The notes under the pieces: generated by a model | What the model was told of the DNA's origin: nothing | Database searches by the model: none | What the model saw: only the letters and a program-made list of their open reading frames with translations | DNA from: Zygnema circumcarinatum SAG 698-1b | Lineage: Eukaryota; Plantae; Zygnematophyceae | Direction of reading: 5' to 3' | Assembly: GCA_037447605.1 (NCBI GenBank) | Contig: CM074819.1 | Location: 952,297 to 1,016,296, forward strand | DNA length: 64,000 nt | Position numbers and translations under genes: made by a program | In this document: in pieces, positions 45,728 to 59,916 of the stretch | Numbering within the stretch: the first letter of the stretch is position 1 | How the letters are laid out: each line of letters starts with the position of its first letter

Positions 45728-45852
45728 GATGAGTTGAGTTGAGATGAGAGGAGATGAGAGGAGATGAGATGAGATGAGAGGAGAGGAGATGAGATGAGAT
45801 GAGATGAGATGAGATGAGATGAGATGAGATGAGATGAGATGAGATGAGATGA
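45722..45852. repeat. (GAGAT)n pentanucleotide microsatellite overlapping the stop codon
   Basis: About 26 GATGA/GAGAT units. Confidence 0.93.
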
Positions 45853-46454
45853 GGTGGGCAGGTCCTCCTTCAAGAAGCGGCCCTTCTTCAAGGCTCTGTG
45901 GGCCTGAAGGAAGCAACCCGGGCATAGTTTTTCTTAGTTCATAGTTCTTGTTTAGCATGAAAGAAAGTAGAATAGGATAGGAAAGTGCTCTAGCTCCTTT
46001 GGGCCAATGTTGCGACACAGTGGCTATTGCCATTGTGATTTCTTTTTTGTTATGCAATCGTGTCAGGTTGGGTTGTTAAGGTGCTACATGCCATGCGCGC
46101 TATCACCAAACACATGGCACATGATTCACATGGCACATGACATTTGTGGCATCGCCGTTGTGAGTCCAATGCCAATTTTCTCCATGATATGGGAATGGGT
46201 GCACAGAACAGCTCCCTATGCCCAGTGCGTGTACCTATGGGTGCGCATGTCCGGCGTGCCAACTTCAACATGTGGGAAGCATGATGGGCCCGATGTAGAC
46301 ATGTCCATGCATGTGCACTCACATGCCCATCATGCGAGAATGTCCCGAAAATTTCCACATTGAAACCTATAACAAATTTGGTCCGAGCAATCTCTTGTTG
46401 AACAAAACGCATCCTCCTAGTGCTGTCTTAAAGTCTTTGAACTAATCAGAAGCA

Positions 46455-46510
46455 GCCACGTGGCGTCCCTTGAATCGTGTCGCAACGCCACCGGCCGAAC
46501 CTTCTAGAAG
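46455..46510 (+). promoter_or_regulatory. G-box plus perfect heat-shock element upstream of the FKBP gene
   Basis: GCCACGTGGC at 46455-46464; cGAAccTTCtaGAAg (three nGAAn units) at 46496-46510; ~460 bp upstream of the ATG. Confidence 0.65.
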
Positions 46511-46964
46511 TCGAGCGCTTTCGGGAGGGCCCTCTAAGGTGGACCTCAAATCAGAACCCGTACAGTGCGTGGCCCTGATTTATATTTTGAGCGGTACGTT
46601 TTCTAAATTGCAGCTGCCTTGACTCCGGGACGCCTTCCAGACGCGTCTTCTCCCCGTTCAAGAGCAGCTCCCTCCCTCCCTCCCCTTAAAAGCAGCACTT
46701 GCACTGGGGAATCTTGAGTTTTTTTAACTATATTTCTCTCTTTTAATCATTCCTAAATACTGCCAATATCGCTATTCTTCTCTCTCTTTCTCTCCCCTAT
46801 CAGACGGGCTCCTCTTGAAGGCTGCTCTCCGCTACAGGAGGAGAATATTGCCGCTCTTGAAAACCTGTGAGGCCCCTTTTGGAGGTTTTTGGGCGTTGCA
46901 GATAAAGATCGGGGCCGAGACTTAGTCCGGATATTGCATTGGGCGGAGCGGGGGGAAGCGCGCA

Positions 46965-49900
46965 ATGGCGGAGGATATGGACTTTGAAGCCGCGGCCGGT
47001 CAGGGATTTGAGGATGAAATGGACGACCCCACCGGGTTTGAACCGCAGAAGGAGGGAGAGGAGAAGGACATCACCAAGGACGGGGGGGTGAAGAAGCTGC
47101 TGATGAAGGCGGGAGAGGGATGGGATAAGCCTGAAACCGGCGACGATGTTGCGGGTACGATGAACGTCAATCAAGGACACTTGATTGACTTTTTCTCCGC
47201 GATAGATGATGTCGTTTTTTTTTCTAATATTATATTTTATAATCTCAGTTGTTTGAAATTGATTCAAGTACTGTAGGTTGTGCATTGCGGGCTGCCTTTT
47301 TGGGGAATCAAGTGGAGGGATATGAGCAGGGGCTGGGCAGGAGGAGGGCCCTTCTATGGTTTCATGGCCTATGTAAAGGAGTGCAAATGTATATAACTGC
47401 GAGGATGTTGATGAGTGAAACTGAATGTGAACATGAATATAAATGTGCCAATCCTAAAGAGACGGAGTGCTGCGTTTCCTCCTCCTCGCAGTGCACTACA
47501 CCGGGACTCTCCTCGATGGGACAAAGTTCGACTCCAGCGTGGACCGGGGGCAGCCCTTCACCTTCAAACTCGGTCAAGGTACATGGATAATTCACAAATC
47601 CGAAGCTGAATTCCTCTTTGAACTAATTAAATTCTAAATTTTCACTTCAAACCATCCACGATTGATGATGATGATGAGAATGGTGTCTGGCAAGGCTGTC
47701 GTCGGCCAGCTAAGTACTGAAAACGCATGTTTTATATGTGCATTTTTTGTGTGGCTTTTGCGCAGGCAATGTGATCCAAGGGTGGGATCGCGGTGTTGCG
47801 ACGATGAAGAAGGGAGAGAAGGCCCTTTTCACTATCACAGCAGACTACGCCTACGGGAAGCAGGGCTCGCCCCCCACCATTCCACCAGGCGCTACTCTCA
47901 AGTTTGAGGTGGAGCTTCTGTCGTGGACCAGCGTGAAAGATATTTGTGGGGATGGAGGAATCTTCAAGAAGATTGTGGCGGAAGGGAAGAAGTGGGAAAT
48001 GCCGAAAGATGACGATCAAGTTACAAGTAATTCGATTGACCTTAACTGTGTTCAGCATGAAGTGCGAAACTGCTTTTTTTTGTTTTTTTCGTGTTTGTTT
48101 AATCAGTGACTAAAATAGTTGATGATTGTCCCCTCTCCTCCCCCGCCCTCCCTTTTCTTTTTGTGGGTGAGCAGTTAAATACGAAGCCAAGCTTCAGAAT
48201 GGAACAGTGTTTGACAAATCTCCGGAGGAGGGAGTTGAGTTCTATGTCAAGGACGGTGAGTGCTCTTCAATACGGGCAAGTCATTTCTTAACGTTTCTAT
48301 ATCTGACCTCACCTAACATCTGCCAGCCCCTCACGATGAATACCTGGCACTTCTTCAGCAGTGAAAATTGGTGATATGTTGCTGATTCATGAAGATTTTA
48401 AAAAAAATTGTCCGTCGTTTGGCCCCTTCTCTTCTCTTTTTCAATTTTCTTTTCTCTTTGTGCAGGTCTTCTTTGCCCAGCGATAGCGCGAGCCCTAAAG
48501 ACAATGCACAAGGGAGAAAAAGTCGTTCTGACAGTGCGCCAACAATGTATGCGGGTTTCCCTTCACCGGAACTCCTCTTTCAGGAGAACCCATTAACCAG
48601 TTTCATTCTACTAATGTAAAGCATGTCAATGTGAATAGATAACCTGCTTCGTGGTGGTGCATTGTACCTTGCTTTATGTTTTCTTTTGTTCATTTACTGG
48701 TTTACTCGGTTATTCATTTATGTTTTTTTTTTTTCCGTGCAGATGCTTTTGGAGAAAGCGGGCGTGCTGCCCAGAACGAGTATCCAGCAGTGCCTCCAAA
48801 TGAGACGGTAACGATCGATTTGGAGCTTGTGTCGTGGAAGACGGTGGAGAAGGTGACGGATGATGGCAAAGTTATGAAGAAGATTTTGAAGGATGGAGAA
48901 GGTTACGAGAAGCCAAATGATGGAGCTCAAGTGAAAGGTATGCTATTACAGATGGGTTTCTGGTAGTAGTGAAGATAGCTGATGCTGATGTTGTCCATGG
49001 TATCTTGGAAAAAGAGGCGATTGCAGATGGCTGTGTTGTAGTGGTTAGATGAAGAGAACTGTGGAATTCAGAATGCTTGAGGTGAATGGAAAATTGTAAG
49101 GGAAGCCTCCAGTGTCCAAGGTTCTTTTGACAACGTTCAAATTCATTAAAAAATTGACAGTAATCTTTTTTCGCTTTGCAGTGCGGTATGTCGGCACGCT
49201 TCCTGATGGGACTGTGTTTGAGAGAAAAGGCCAAGAAGAAGGACAAGAGTTAGAATTCATCACTGAGGAAGGTAAGACCTGTTTTTTGCCCTTTTCCTTC
49301 AAGTTTTATACGTTTTTCTCTCTCAGTATATATAGTAGTGTAGGATCTCATGCGAGAGGAAAGGAGAGGAGAGGAGAGTGGTAGTGAACCTGCTGCTAAT
49401 GCACTGCTCTTATTTGAATCAACAGAGCAAGTCATCGCTGGTCTGGATAAGGCAGTCATGAAGATGAAGAAGGGAGAAAAGGCTTTGGTTACTATCAGTC
49501 CAGAATATGCCTATAAGGGGGAGGTATATCAGGGGGAGTTGGCAACTGTTCCTCCAAACACGGAGGTGCAGCTCGAGCTTGAGCTCGTCTCTTTTGTGAA
49601 GGTGAGTCCGGTTCACACTTAATACAAGAAATGAATTGGCATTAATCTTACGATGGTGATGCCATCAAATGTACAATGTCATGGAGAAAGACACGAAAAA
49701 CATTTAGAATGAGACAAGGCAGTAGGTAGGGAGGCTGTATCTCTAAGCACGATAAGCAGCTGCTTCATCGTTGTGGTCTGCAAATGAATACAATTACATG
49801 GATGATAATGATATAATAATGATGCATCTTTCGGTCAGAAGCCAAGACTTTCGATGTTGTGTAGCGGATGAAGTGATGATTAATTTTTGGCTGTCTTTTG

Positions 49901-51029
49901 TCGTGTATTGTCTGGTCAATAGGAAAAAGAATCTTGGGATTTGGACACAGCGGAGAAGTTGGAGCATGCGTCGAAGAGGAAGGAGGAGGGCAACGCCCTC
50001 TTCAAGGCAGGGAAGTACCTTCGGGCGTCGAAGAAGTATGTGAAGGTATGTATCCCTGATAGGGGCCATTGCATTCGATGATGAAAAGCCGTGAAAAAGT
50101 CATCTTTGGTCGCTGTACAGGTGCATATAAACATTATAGACACGTTAATGACTTGCCGATGGACGAGAGAGCTGACGGATCTGTGATGACATGGCAGGCT
50201 GTAAAGTTGATTGAATTCGATAGCCAGTTTGGGGATGACGAGAAGAAGCAGAGCAAGGCTCTTCAGTTGGCCTGCAATCTGAACAATGCGGCATGCAAGC
50301 TGAAGCTTGAAGACTACAACGAGGCTGTGAAGTTGACTTGCAAGGTATGTTTATGCTTGTTCGGATTACCCCTCTAAAGGTGGTTTCTATCAGGTAAAAG
50401 AGCCTGCTAGAGAGAATTTTGTTTAAAGCTGAACAAGAACAATCTTTGCTTTCGGTTTTGCAGGTGCTTGACAGTCAGCCGCAGAATGTGAAGGCCTTGT
50501 ATCGACGAGCACAGGGATATATCGGATTGCAGGAGTACGATTCGGCACAGTGGGATGTCAAGAAGGCTCTGGAAATTGATCCTGAGAACAGGTAAACTTA
50601 CAAATTAGAAACTTTCCCTCTACAAACTGAAAGCATTCTCCTCGTTTCTTTTTGCTAAGTGGGGCTAATTGCTGGTTATATCCTCAATCTTGAGCAAAAA
50701 TTCTTTGATCCTGTTATTTTAGCTGTTTTTTGGGCTGGATCAATCTGTGATTTGTACGATCTTCATCCGGACCATTGCGTTAAACAGATGTATATATTGT
50801 TCTGGATATATGTGATTGCAGGGATGTGAAGTTGGAGTATCGGGTGCTGAAGCAGAGGATGGCTGAGCAGAACAAGAAGGAAGCGAAGCTGTATGGCAAT
50901 ATGTTCGCCCGGCTGCATAAGCTGGAGGAGAAGGAGACAAAAACACCTCTCATTCAAGAGGTTGAAAATGGGCACGCAAAGGTACGGGATTTCCCACCTT
51001 CTACGCCCGAAATGTTCATCCAATCTTAG
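46965..51029 (+). CDS. Multi-domain FKBP peptidyl-prolyl isomerase with TPR (ROF1/FKBP62-FKBP65-like)
   Basis: [25 protein letters not shown]; [19 protein letters not shown]...[16 protein letters not shown]; second and third FKBP domains; TPR exons [37 protein letters not shown]; [12 protein letters not shown]. Last-exon boundary uncertain. Confidence 0.93.
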
Positions 51030-52439
51030 TTAGTATGGGGGGCGGAGGCAGCGGAGGGGGGAGGAAATAGAAAGAGCAGGAGAAATTGAGGGGTAACTGA
51101 TTGTTAGCATCCGCTTTTGGGGGAGGGTGGGGGAAAGACAGGGGGCTGAGAATGGCGGTGCTGCAGCTGCAGTAAACAGCGCTGAGCCAATGGCAACTGA
51201 AGAATAGAGAGAGGGGGGAGAGAGGGAGGGAGAGAGGGGGTGCTGACAGTAAGAATGGCTTGGTGGGGGAGGCAGGCTGAAGACTCCCAAGCTGTACCAG
51301 AGCCCATGGTGGTTGAGGAGGGCAAGACATCATGATAGCAACAAGGGTGCAGGTCTTGTAGAATTCCGACAGAAGGGTTGGAGAATTTAGAGTTGTCAGC
51401 TGCATGTAAACTGTTTACGGTGAAAGGGAGGGGAAAAGATGGGTGGGGGGGGAATGGGGGATATGCCGAATGCATGCATTCATGCATACATACATACATG
51501 GCAGGCAGAGTATCCATTTAGTACCGGACGTTTTTAGGGCAGTTTTGTTAGACCTGTGCTTAGGTTTTTGATTTTCCCTTTTTTCTTTTTGTACGAATTG
51601 TCAAAAAATGGCGTTTGTGCACTTCGTTCGATCCTGACTGTGTATTCTTGTCATCTCTCTTCTGGTTGATTGTCCTCCGAATGGAGGAGAAATGTGAACT
51701 GAGAAGAACTGAAGTTTTGGTAAAGAACGATGCCATTTATGTGTTGTTCATTGTCTTGCCTTACATTTCCACCTTCCGGGTTTTTTAAGAAGATTATGTT
51801 TTAAAATTTTAAATTTTTACAATTAGAAAATTGAAAATTCAAGCTGTTAAAGTGCTTTGCTTTGAAATTGTAGCATGCAAAGTTTGTTTTAAGATCTGAC
51901 AGTCGTAACTAGTTATGTTCTTATGGAATAAACTCTTTTTTTCTTATTTCAAGTGAAGGGCTTGAAATGTTTAGTTTACAAATCGATATTTGTAAAATTC
52001 CTAAAAATTGCCTTAGAAATGATCACATTGTGATTTTAAATTGTCAAGTAAGCATCTTTCAAACACAAATGATGGAAATGGTCGCAACAAAAAATCATAC
52101 TTCCAGATCACCACAAGCCCCAAACTAAATTTGGAAAGAAATTTGGCAAGAACTGAAAAAGCAATCGATTAAGTAATGACTAATTTGAATTTCGATCAAT
52201 GGTGAATACCCGATAATTTTTTTTCAAAAATTTCGAAAAAAAAATGTTTGAATCCTACCCCTCTCCTCACACAAAACATTTTTAATCGTCAAAATTTTGT
52301 ACACCTATTCCACCGTACACCGTGCAGCATAGAGCCGGCCACTTCACTTCCGTGAAGCCAGTGAACAAGTTTTCATGCATTTTTCACATATTCCATTCTT
52401 ATCTCTTACAACATAAATATATGCAATAGCATATATTTA

Positions 52440-52840
52440 GGAGGGCGAGGGCGAGGGCGAGAGCGATGGGAAGGAGGGAGAGAGAGGGAGAGGGAGAGGG
52501 AGAGGGCGAGGGAGAGGGCGAGGGCGATGGCGAGGGCGAGGGCGAGGGCGAGGGCGAGGGCGAGGGCGAGGGAGAGGGAGTAGGCGAGGGCGAGGGCGAG
52601 GGAGAGGGAGAGGGAGAGGGAGGGAGAGGGAGAGGGAAAGGGAGATGGCGAGGGAGAGGGAGAGGGAGAGGGAGAGATGGATAGGGAGAGGGAGTGGGAC
52701 AGGGACAGGGAGAGAGATGGATAGGGAGAGAGAGTGGGACAGGGACAGGGAGAGGGCGAGGGAGGGGGAAAGGGAACAGGGACAGGGAGAGGATGAGGGA
52801 AAGGGAGAGGGAGAAAGAGAGGGAGAAGGGGAGGGAGAGA
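52440..52840. repeat. Purine-rich low-complexity tract (GAGGGC/GAGGGA repeats)
   Basis: Hexamer iterations in the 3' flank of the transporter gene. Confidence 0.9.
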
Positions 52841-52853
52841 ATCAGCACAAGCA

Positions 52854-55800
52854 TCACCAGCCCATGACGGTGTTGAGCACGTTGCAGGCGACACCCGTCA
52901 CGCTGACGAGCAACCCGAGGAGGACCATAATCCAGGCCAGCAGCCTCTCACCGCCCTTCACTTCCCCCGCGCGGTTGCTGGGCCCCGCACACACAAGCAT
53001 GCATGCATGGTATATCAGGATTTGTAGGAGTTCGTTGTTTCAGAGAGGTTGCCGGGAGAGAGAGAGAGCATAGTAGGAGAGGGAGAGGTTTGTGTGTTTC
53101 ATGAAAGCAGCCGTCCTCTGATTTTTTTCGATCTTAAAAAGGGAGGAAAAGGCAGAGGAGATTGTAGCTGTTGAATCGTGGAGGGAGGGATGAAGGTAAT
53201 TAAGCCATAGACATGACATCACTTCGTGAAAAGAGGAGGGACGCTTCATTCTTCTTCCTTTATATTTTATATTCCTTCCTCTCTGCGAGGAAACGAATTG
53301 ATGTCTCCAACTACTAAAATAATAAGTTTCAACAGTCAAAGGCCTCTCATGCACCTCTATTCGCCCTAGGATGATCCCTTATTAGGTCGGTTTGGGCAAA
53401 CAGGCAAGGCATGCTCGATCAGGTTTAGTTATTCTCGGTTTGACCAGAGGACTTGACTTAGAAAAAAAATGGCTCACCTTAGTGCTGCAAGTCCGGGTAA
53501 AGTGAAGGCCAATGATACGGCTGCCACAGAGCCGGTGAACTGGAAGGCGAACTCAATATTGGGAACAAATGTAGCGCCCAAAAGGACGATAATCATAAGA
53601 GCCGCAGTCATAGAGAGGTAGCGGAATCTGTCTTCTGTAAGGGGCTTTGCATGGGGGAATATTACAGCATCGAGGTTGGCTCTCATCGAGAAGTGAATGA
53701 CGGGAAATACCATCATGAGATGGACCGCATAGCACAACCGTACAGCATCATCGATGACCTGCTCACATAGAAGTGGGAGGGGGTTGAAGGAGAAGAAGGC
53801 AAGTCAGAGGGACCCGACAACCACTAGGTTTTAATGCTGATTAGAAAAGGGTGCCAATGTACCTTTCTCAAACCTATTATGCACTCGGAATGTGACATGA
53901 ATTTTCATTTTCGACAATTTAGAGACAATGGGTATTCTCCACTAGGAGACAACAGTCACGGATGCATTTTACATGATGTAGAAGAAAACTCAACAAGGAC
54001 CCTTCTCATGGCAAACACTAAAGCTGGTTGGGCGGACCCTCAGAGGTCTCCGCACATGCTAAATCACAAAAAAATCTGAGTGCTTCATCTTTTTAAGGGA
54101 CTGCAGTATCCATACAGAACATGCTTCGCAGCCTCTCAAATATCTTCGTGAAAAGTAACCAGATGTCAGCATGTATACCTTCATGGCAGATATCCAGAAG
54201 GGGAGGAAGTGCACCTTTCAGCCACCCATGAGCCTACAACGCAAAGCACAACAAACAATGGCGTGGAGAATTAGGAAGACGATAGCTCACCCTGCTATAT
54301 GGCATGTGTAAATAGGAGTCATAGTTTGCCAACACATCTCCCATGGTCGAATCTCCAAATAAAATATAGCCAAAAAAGGCGGTAATACAATACACACTCG
54401 TGCATAAAAGAAGTGTTGCTTTCGACACTTTTTGCATTTTTTCCCACCGAGGTTGCGCAAGCTCCGCATAAATAGGATGCACTGGCCAAAAACAGATTGC
54501 TGTGAGGTTCAAATGACAGGTTAAAATTGATTACAGTTTCATGCTTATATGATACGTTTAGACCTCTACATTCTCGGACTTGTGTTGCTCTCTAAATGTG
54601 TCCTATGGTACAGCATTCTGCATATGGAGGAAACGGCATATGACTAGCTCGACGTGAAAGCACAAGAGAATGAATAATTCCAGCAAATTCCCTCAGTTAA
54701 ACCTGCAACGACATCGACCAAGAAAAAGGGCCCTGATTCGTGTGTACTGAAAGTATTTAGCCTCACAAAAACAATTTCCCATTGCAGCATAGACGTCACT
54801 TGTAAGGGAACATTGATTGCTTTTTCACAACGCGAGTCGTGGCATACCATTGTAATGGCACACATACGCAGTTGACATTGTTGGGATGATGGTTGCAAGC
54901 TGAGCCACTGCCCGCCAACTATCCAGCCGAGGTAACAAGTGCACCTCCTCAAACTTGATGCGGCCCTCCACCCAGTTGTAGGTTGAAACGAACACAGTGA
55001 TGAACACAAAGATGACAGCCAAGAGAATGGAGAGGGCAGAAGTGTGACTCAAGGAATCTGCAATGGCGATTAAAGAGAACTGCGATCATTAAACGAAGAA
55101 TAATGGATAATGCAATTTGGTGAAGAGTTGCAGACGAATTGAGCCCCAATTGCTTATCGGACCCACATTAAAGTATACTCAAGTGAAAACGCATCAAAGA
55201 TGGGTGACTGCATTGTAGGGTGCTAGAAGTAGCATATGCTTGCTGACAGTTTGGAATAGGCAACTCACCAATGCGCTCGAACACCACCAGTGGGCTGAGG
55301 ACAAACACAGCCGTTCCAACAAGTACAGCTGTGCGCGAATTCCACCAGTGATAGCCACCAGCCCACTCTTCTAGCAGACCTTGATGGTGTTCTATCCCTT
55401 TACCTGCTCCGGAGAGCACATCACCTGCACGACAGCAATGGTCGAAGCAGGAAATTAGGAAAATTTCGTAGCTAAAAAATATCTTTTCAAGGACGCACAA
55501 AACAGAACTCACAGGACTCCAAAAAGTGCACTAGCAAATATAGGGTTTGGGTGAGAAACGCATAAAGACTTGGACTGTAGTGCGTGATCCAACTTGACAA
55601 AGAACGTTTTTGAATAGGTTTAAATGCTTGCACGAGTTTACAAATGTCCTTTGTATGAATAATGCAAACGAATATGCTGAGCATATCGTTATCAACACAG
55701 CTTATTATCCACGTGATGCAAAATTGGGTAGGTCTTGAACCTCCTGGCGGATTTCTGAGATAAGGGAGATATGCGGCTATGCCTCCTTTCGTAATGCAAC

Positions 55801-56875
55801 TTATTTAATTAAAATGGCTATTGTCGGATCGTTTCAAATTCTACCAGAAGGTGATTTCTAACAAATAAAAGGTGTATTTTTTCCGTAACGTCGATTATTT
55901 ACACATAAATTATTCATTGATAGACCATCTACTTATCACCGTTCCTCACACTCATAACAAACTCCAACTTGTCACGTTTAAATGTTCCTCATTATTCTCT
56001 TTCGCTTTGTTTCTTTACAAACTAGCATGAGAGCATTATCAATCTCAAGCTAACAGCAGGCAGGAGAAACAAGTAAATTGCCCGGCGTTCTCACCAATAA
56101 TAATCATGTAGATGATGAGAATCCCCAAGGCATTAACAATGATGCAGAAGCGCAGGGCAGCTCGCCCCCAGCGGCCCCTTGTGCGTGTCATGAGATCAGC
56201 ATAGGACCACAGCCCAGACGCTCGAGAGCAGCGAAGGAGCATCTTCACTGAACACTCCGTAAGAATACCCATGCCACAAAGTGTCAGGAGGCCAAGAGGA
56301 AGTCCCAAAACCTGCATCGGGAGGAACATCAAATGTAAGGGTTTTTTGAACAAACAACGATAACAACAATTCAGAGGATCAGGCTGGAGTACTCATACCA
56401 CCAACGTGTTCAGGACGTACAGTAAATGATTATTTCTGGGTAAAAAGGGCAATAAACTATGCGGGAGCCATTTGTCACTGCCAAATATAACCGGCATTGG
56501 AAGGTCTGATATTTAGCAGACCCTTCCAGGGATTTTTCTCAACCCAATGCTCCAATGATAGAAATCTCTAGGCGAATATTCCAGGTGTTCAAATTATTTC
56601 AATGAAATAAACAGTTCAAAACACCACCAGCCCTACCCGAGCCATGGCAGTACCGTCTGTGGAAGTAGCTCTGTTCAAAGCCGCACCTTCATCTTCGCTG
56701 GAAGGCCCATAATCCCTGCGCCGATGATGCTGGTGGACAAGTTGTACACTGCACTTGCTGTGGAAGACCCACCGACAGCATCACACTGCAAGTCTGAATC
56801 ACGTGCCTTGAAGGGCAATAAAGGGCTTTTCTCGTCAACTGGGAGGAGGTTGTTCTCATTCTCCGGCCTGGTCAC
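52854..56875 (-). CDS. Amino-acid transporter, AVT6-like (Aa_trans family), multi-exon
   Basis: [23 protein letters not shown]; [15 protein letters not shown]; [11 protein letters not shown]; TAYVCHYN; [26 protein letters not shown]; [18 protein letters not shown]; [18 protein letters not shown]; last exon ends VMGW* at 52854. Confidence 0.9.
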
Positions 56876-59264
56876 TCCCCATCAAGAGAGAGATAGCAAC
56901 ATAATGAGCACTCAGCCCGAGATCAGGTTCAATTGTTTAGTCTCAATCGTCAATATGGTTCAGCAAGAATGTTGGACGCATGCCATGAGTATAACAAAAA
57001 GTTGACAAACATTGTAAAGAGTGGACTGTTTCCATCTCATGGTTTCTGGTTCAGTGACTTACGCCTTCAAACAGCCTATTCCCGCAATGGACGGGCAGCA
57101 TGGTCAGCAAGTTTGAAGCAGGTTTGCCATCTTTTTGGCAAATCAGCGGACCCGCAATGCGAGCTAAATTTTTTGACATCATCCCATGCCGTCAACTACA
57201 GACCACAGTGTTTAAACTAGCTTTACTTCTTGCTTTCTGGCAACTGCATTTGATGGGCAATTCACCTAATCATGCACACAATCATACGAAGACAAACTCA
57301 TGCAACGCACGTTCATCGTCCAATGCCACCCAACGCACTCATAAACACTTTGAGACCAGCTCGATTTCCTGCAATACCATAACATGCCTCACAACCCACG
57401 CCTGAAAAGATGGTTCACAACTCACGAGGGTAGTGGAGCTGCTCCACAGTCAGCGGGCATGTCTGGAATTAGCATCCTTGTGTGCCCATTGGCATCAAAT
57501 GGCTTCCCCATAGAACTCACAATGCGTGTTTCTTCCAATATCAGAACAGCTCTCCGGTAGAAAGGATTTTTCCAAAACCACTTCAGGTAGAATCCGGAAT
57601 GGAATCACTACAAAAATAGCCGTTGAGTTCGTTGTCTTGTGGACAAAATTGCAAACGAAATTCAATGATGACTTGCTCTGATGAGACAGCTTGTGGGTGG
57701 AGGGAAACCGATCCTTTCGACAAGGAAACTCAATGGAACCTGCACATATGGTAACGGCATTGCTTTACTCTTCGCAGCACTTAATAAAGAGGAAATTTCA
57801 GTTGTAAAGGAAGTTAAAGGAAGCAGTTACACATTCCTCTGCCTCTTCCCATGCTCCCAGCTTCCAGAAAAGAATTCCAGCGAGCCCTGCCAAAATTGGC
57901 ACAGCTGTCTTCAAGCAGAAGTTTACAACCACATACGAATGTAATGCTGACTCAGTTCTTAGGGCTTGATCAACCCTGCGACAAGATGAAGGAAGTGAAA
58001 GTCCATTCAACATAACAGACGGAAGAAGAAAAGGAAATATCGGCGTAATATAATAGGAATTTCAGAAAGCTGCAAGTGTTTTTTCGAAACAGACTGAAAG
58101 CAAGAAATCTGGAGTCGACAGCTGCATCTTCGAACGACCAGACGCGCCATTTTTGTGACTCGAAAACACGTTCGATGAATGTATATTCTGTATCCTGTTA
58201 AAACGGTCCGGAAAATGACTGACAAAACCTATGCAGAAACAAATTGAAACGACGAGGCATGACTAAGAAAAGAAAGCGCGAAATTCGCATTGCAAAGTTG
58301 GAATTCGAACAGGCATCGCAATGTAAGTGAGTTCTGAATGCTTGCAGTGAAACAGAAGAATGTAACGGAGCCAGCCGCCACAAGAGTAGCAGCAGTCAAT
58401 ACTGGAACAAAAAAAAAGATGAGAAGGCTTTCACACATAAGTTGAGTTCAACTCTCTGAGCTGTAAACAATACAAAGGTTACAAGCGCTCTTTCGCTGGC
58501 AACTTTCAGCCAATGCCTCTCTGCAATTGACACCCACGCGTGCATTGCATCATACAGAACAGGCAGGACGCATGATAAGCTTCAATGACATGCTTGAATG
58601 CAATCGATGCTTGAAAAATCATTCTGCACTTCCTGAATAAGCTCTTTCCTGTCCGCGCGGCAGTCACCTGCAAGGATAAGCAGCCTCCGGGACCATTCGA
58701 ATCGTCAAAAAAAGCGCTTTTCTCCTCGGATTCCTCCCAGCCTCCAGTCCTTCCCTCCTGCACCAAGAAATTCTGTGACGTTTGCTTGAAGCGCAAGGAA
58801 GCTGTTCACACTCCCCCGTGCAGCGAGAAGACGAGCAGAAAATCGCTCGCAGGGGATTGCCTGACGAAGGCCTAACCCTGACCCTCACTATCAAGAAATA
58901 ATCAAGGAACTGAGAGAGAGGGAGGGAGAGAGAGGGAGAGAGAAAGAGGGAGAGGGCGAGAAGAGTCGTCGCCAACAGGAAGAAGGAATCGAGTCCGCCT
59001 CCTGCAAAGCTTTTAGCTTTCACTTCCTCTGAGCCATCAGTGGCAGTCAAGAAAGTTCCTGTTCAACATTAGTACACTATCTCGCGAAATAAGTTGTGTA
59101 AGTGAACTGGAGAGTACGCATTTCGATACGTTTCAAAGTAAGAAACGTCAAAGATTTTGGCTGTCACGGCCTTAGAACTGAACCCACAGCCCTTCCGAAA
59201 AACTCGAAATTTTAGCGCCCAGCAAAAAAATAATTCAAGTTTGTAACGAACCAATAGAAATATG

Positions 59265-59640
59265 CCACGTGCGCACATCAACTTGGAAACAGATAAATGA
59301 TGCCCCGCTGGCGAGCCACGATCCGACGTGGCAGCAGTGTGCGGCGCCGAAGTGCTGACGTGGCGCCGGATTGCGGCCGGAAAGGCGGCGCCGCCAGCCG
59401 CCTTCACCTGCACGCGAATACGACAAAACAGGGCCGCCAGTTTGGGGCCCACAGACATTGGAAATTTTGAAAAATTATTTTCTGGCTCAATAGGCCGAAC
59501 AGGACACGTGACGCAAAGCGATTGGTAGAGACTCAACTTTTTTTATTTTTTAGAAATTGTTTTTATAGAGACAGGCCGTCGTCATATTGATGGCGTGGCA
59601 GTAGCTGTTTGAGCAGAGCCAATTACAGCTTGCCACGTTT
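59265..59640. promoter_or_regulatory. ACGT-core/ABRE-like cluster upstream of the transporter
   Basis: GCCACGTG (~59265), GACGTGGC twice (~59325, ~59357), CACGTG (~59505), GCCACGT (~59632). Confidence 0.35.
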
Positions 59641-59916
59641 CCAAAATTTCCAGCGTGGGGTGCTCGGATTGGTCCAATCTTGGTGAAGTGCCGCCAATGG
59701 AGTCCGTCCCATCCTAGGAAGGGCTCAAGAGGTTGTGCAACAAGCGCTTGTTGAACAAACGTTTGCACTAGGACAGAGCATGGCATGGGACTCGCATTCA
59801 TTCATGCATGCATGGGACAATGTGCGGACATTGGCAAGGCCGCCCTGCCAATTGCTCCAGGCCCCCTCTTAAGAACTAGCCTTCCGCCACTTCGTTGCAC
59901 ATGTCGATCGGTTTAC

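Noticed and set aside
46050-46340. CATG/RY-motif cluster as a regulatory module
   Set aside because: CATG-rich patches recur in several introns and intergenic regions of this window (e.g. ~4700-4745, ~51470, ~59790), so they look like compositional background.
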